From Escherichia coli (lineage in GTDB: Bacteria > Pseudomonadota > Gammaproteobacteria > Enterobacterales > Enterobacteriaceae), in assembly GCF_003334255.1 (NCBI RefSeq), contig NZ_QOWU01000209.1: 616 bases of DNA. One strand, written 5' to 3'. Position 1 is the stretch's first letter, and each line of letters begins with the position of its first letter. The notes under the pieces are model-generated. The model had not been told where the DNA came from. It searched no databases and saw nothing but the letters and a program-made list of their open reading frames with translations. Made by a program: the position numbers and the translations under genes. This document shows positions 1 to 616 of this stretch, in pieces.

Positions 1-616
1 CCTGAATCAGACGGCCCAATTCATCATATTCCCGGCGCAATTCCAGCCCGTCAGGCCCGGTGGCTGACGTTAACTGGCTGTGGTGGTTATAGTAAAACGC
101 CGATGCCCTGCCATCCGGCGTGGTGATGCGCGTGATGAGGCCCGTCACCACATCCGGACTGTATTCTGTTGTCCTGCCTGCGGCATCCGTCTGTGCCCTG
201 AGCCTGCCCACCGCGTCAAACTGACTCTGCGTGACGCTGCCGTCCGCGTGTTCCTTTTTCACCACCCGCTTCAGCCCGCCTTCACCCTGCGTGTGCAGGA
301 CTTCACGGCGGTTCAGGCTGTCGGTGATGGTGATGCGGTCCTTCTCATACTGATACGTGTAACTTAAGCCTGCCGGGTTTAGCTGTTCTGTCACCCGCCC
401 GTCGCTGTCGTAACGGTAACAGATTTCCGGTCGGCCCGTGTGACGGTGCGCCACCATCCGGCCCCGGTATTTATCATCGTAAGTAAAGCTGCGCACCTGT
501 GTATTGCTGCGGTCATACACCGCCGCCAGTTCGCCGCGGGGCGTCCAGCCATAGCGCACCAGCGGCGCGGCAGGTAAATTCTCCGGGTATTCCGGGTCGT
601 GCGTCAGCCACACGGC
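1..616 (-). CDS. Rhs family YD-repeat core protein, internal fragment (both ends outside window; first complete codon is 616..614, last is 4..2)
   Basis: Seen in sequence: the reverse-complement frame starting at 616 is open for all 205 codons. The translation contains YD-repeat motifs typical of Rhs cores (VYDRSNTQVRSFTYDD, YRYDSDGRVTEQLNPAGLSYTY, FDAVGRLRAQTDAAGRTTEY, YDELGRLIQ) and xDG turn motifs (HADGS, TPDGR, GPDGL). GC is about 61% and third-position GC about 72%. From memory, not a search: the peptide closely resembles the N-terminal part of E. coli Rhs core proteins, but I cannot assign a paralog (rhsA to rhsE) and so give no gene symbol. Confidence 0.93.

Noticed and set aside
251-260. 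T-rich run (ttcctttttc) on the plus strand, superficially like a terminator T-tract
   Set aside because: No stable GC-rich stem-loop precedes it. It sits inside the coding frame, where it encodes Lys-Lys-Glu on the minus strand, and the minus-strand gene reads straight through.
80-367. Supplied plus-strand ORF of 95 aa, starting with GTG (MVVIVKRRCPAIRRGD...)
   Set aside because: It lies entirely antisense to the full-length minus-strand frame that carries Rhs YD-repeat motifs. GC-rich coding DNA often yields long open antisense frames by chance. Its product is Arg/Cys/Pro-rich with low complexity and no recognisable motif, it starts at a non-ATG codon, and I see no convincing ribosome-binding site upstream.
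452-454. In-frame ATG (Met in ...YRGRMVAHRH...) on the minus strand that might be taken for a start codon
   Set aside because: The frame is open and homologous to Rhs core both upstream and downstream of this Met, so it is an internal methionine.
1-616. Possibility that the window contains a toxin tip, immunity gene, CRISPR array, tRNA or mobile element boundary
   Set aside because: The whole window is uninterrupted conserved-core coding sequence. There is no change in composition, no direct or inverted nucleotide repeats, and no intergenic space. The variable Rhs modules would be outside the window.

Overview
The whole 616-bp window is an internal fragment of a single protein-coding gene on the minus strand, and I recognise it as the conserved core of an Rhs (rearrangement hot spot) YD-repeat protein of the Enterobacteriaceae type. 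Reading the reverse complement from position 616 down to position 2 gives 205 consecutive sense codons with no stop; both gene ends lie outside the window. The translation begins AVWLTHDPEYPENLPAAPLVRYGWTPRGELAAVYDRSNTQVRSFTYDDKYRGRMVAHRHTGRPEICYRYDSDGRVTEQLNPAGLSYTYQYEKDRITITDSLNRREVLHTQGEGGLKRVVKKEHADGSVTQSQFDAVGRLRAQTDAAGRTTEYSPDVVTGLITRITTPDGRASAFYYNHHSQLTSATGPDGLELRREYDELGRLIQ and carries several YD-repeat motifs. Composition fits an Rhs core: about 61% GC by hand count, about 72% GC at third codon positions, and several rare codons. The supplied plus-strand ORF (80..367) is antisense to this gene and I treat it as spurious. I see no RNA gene, CRISPR array, insertion sequence end, promoter or terminator. 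Nothing in the window itself looks novel: Rhs proteins are polymorphic toxin scaffolds, but the variable C-terminal toxin tip and its immunity gene, where novelty would be, lie beyond the low-coordinate edge and cannot be assessed here.
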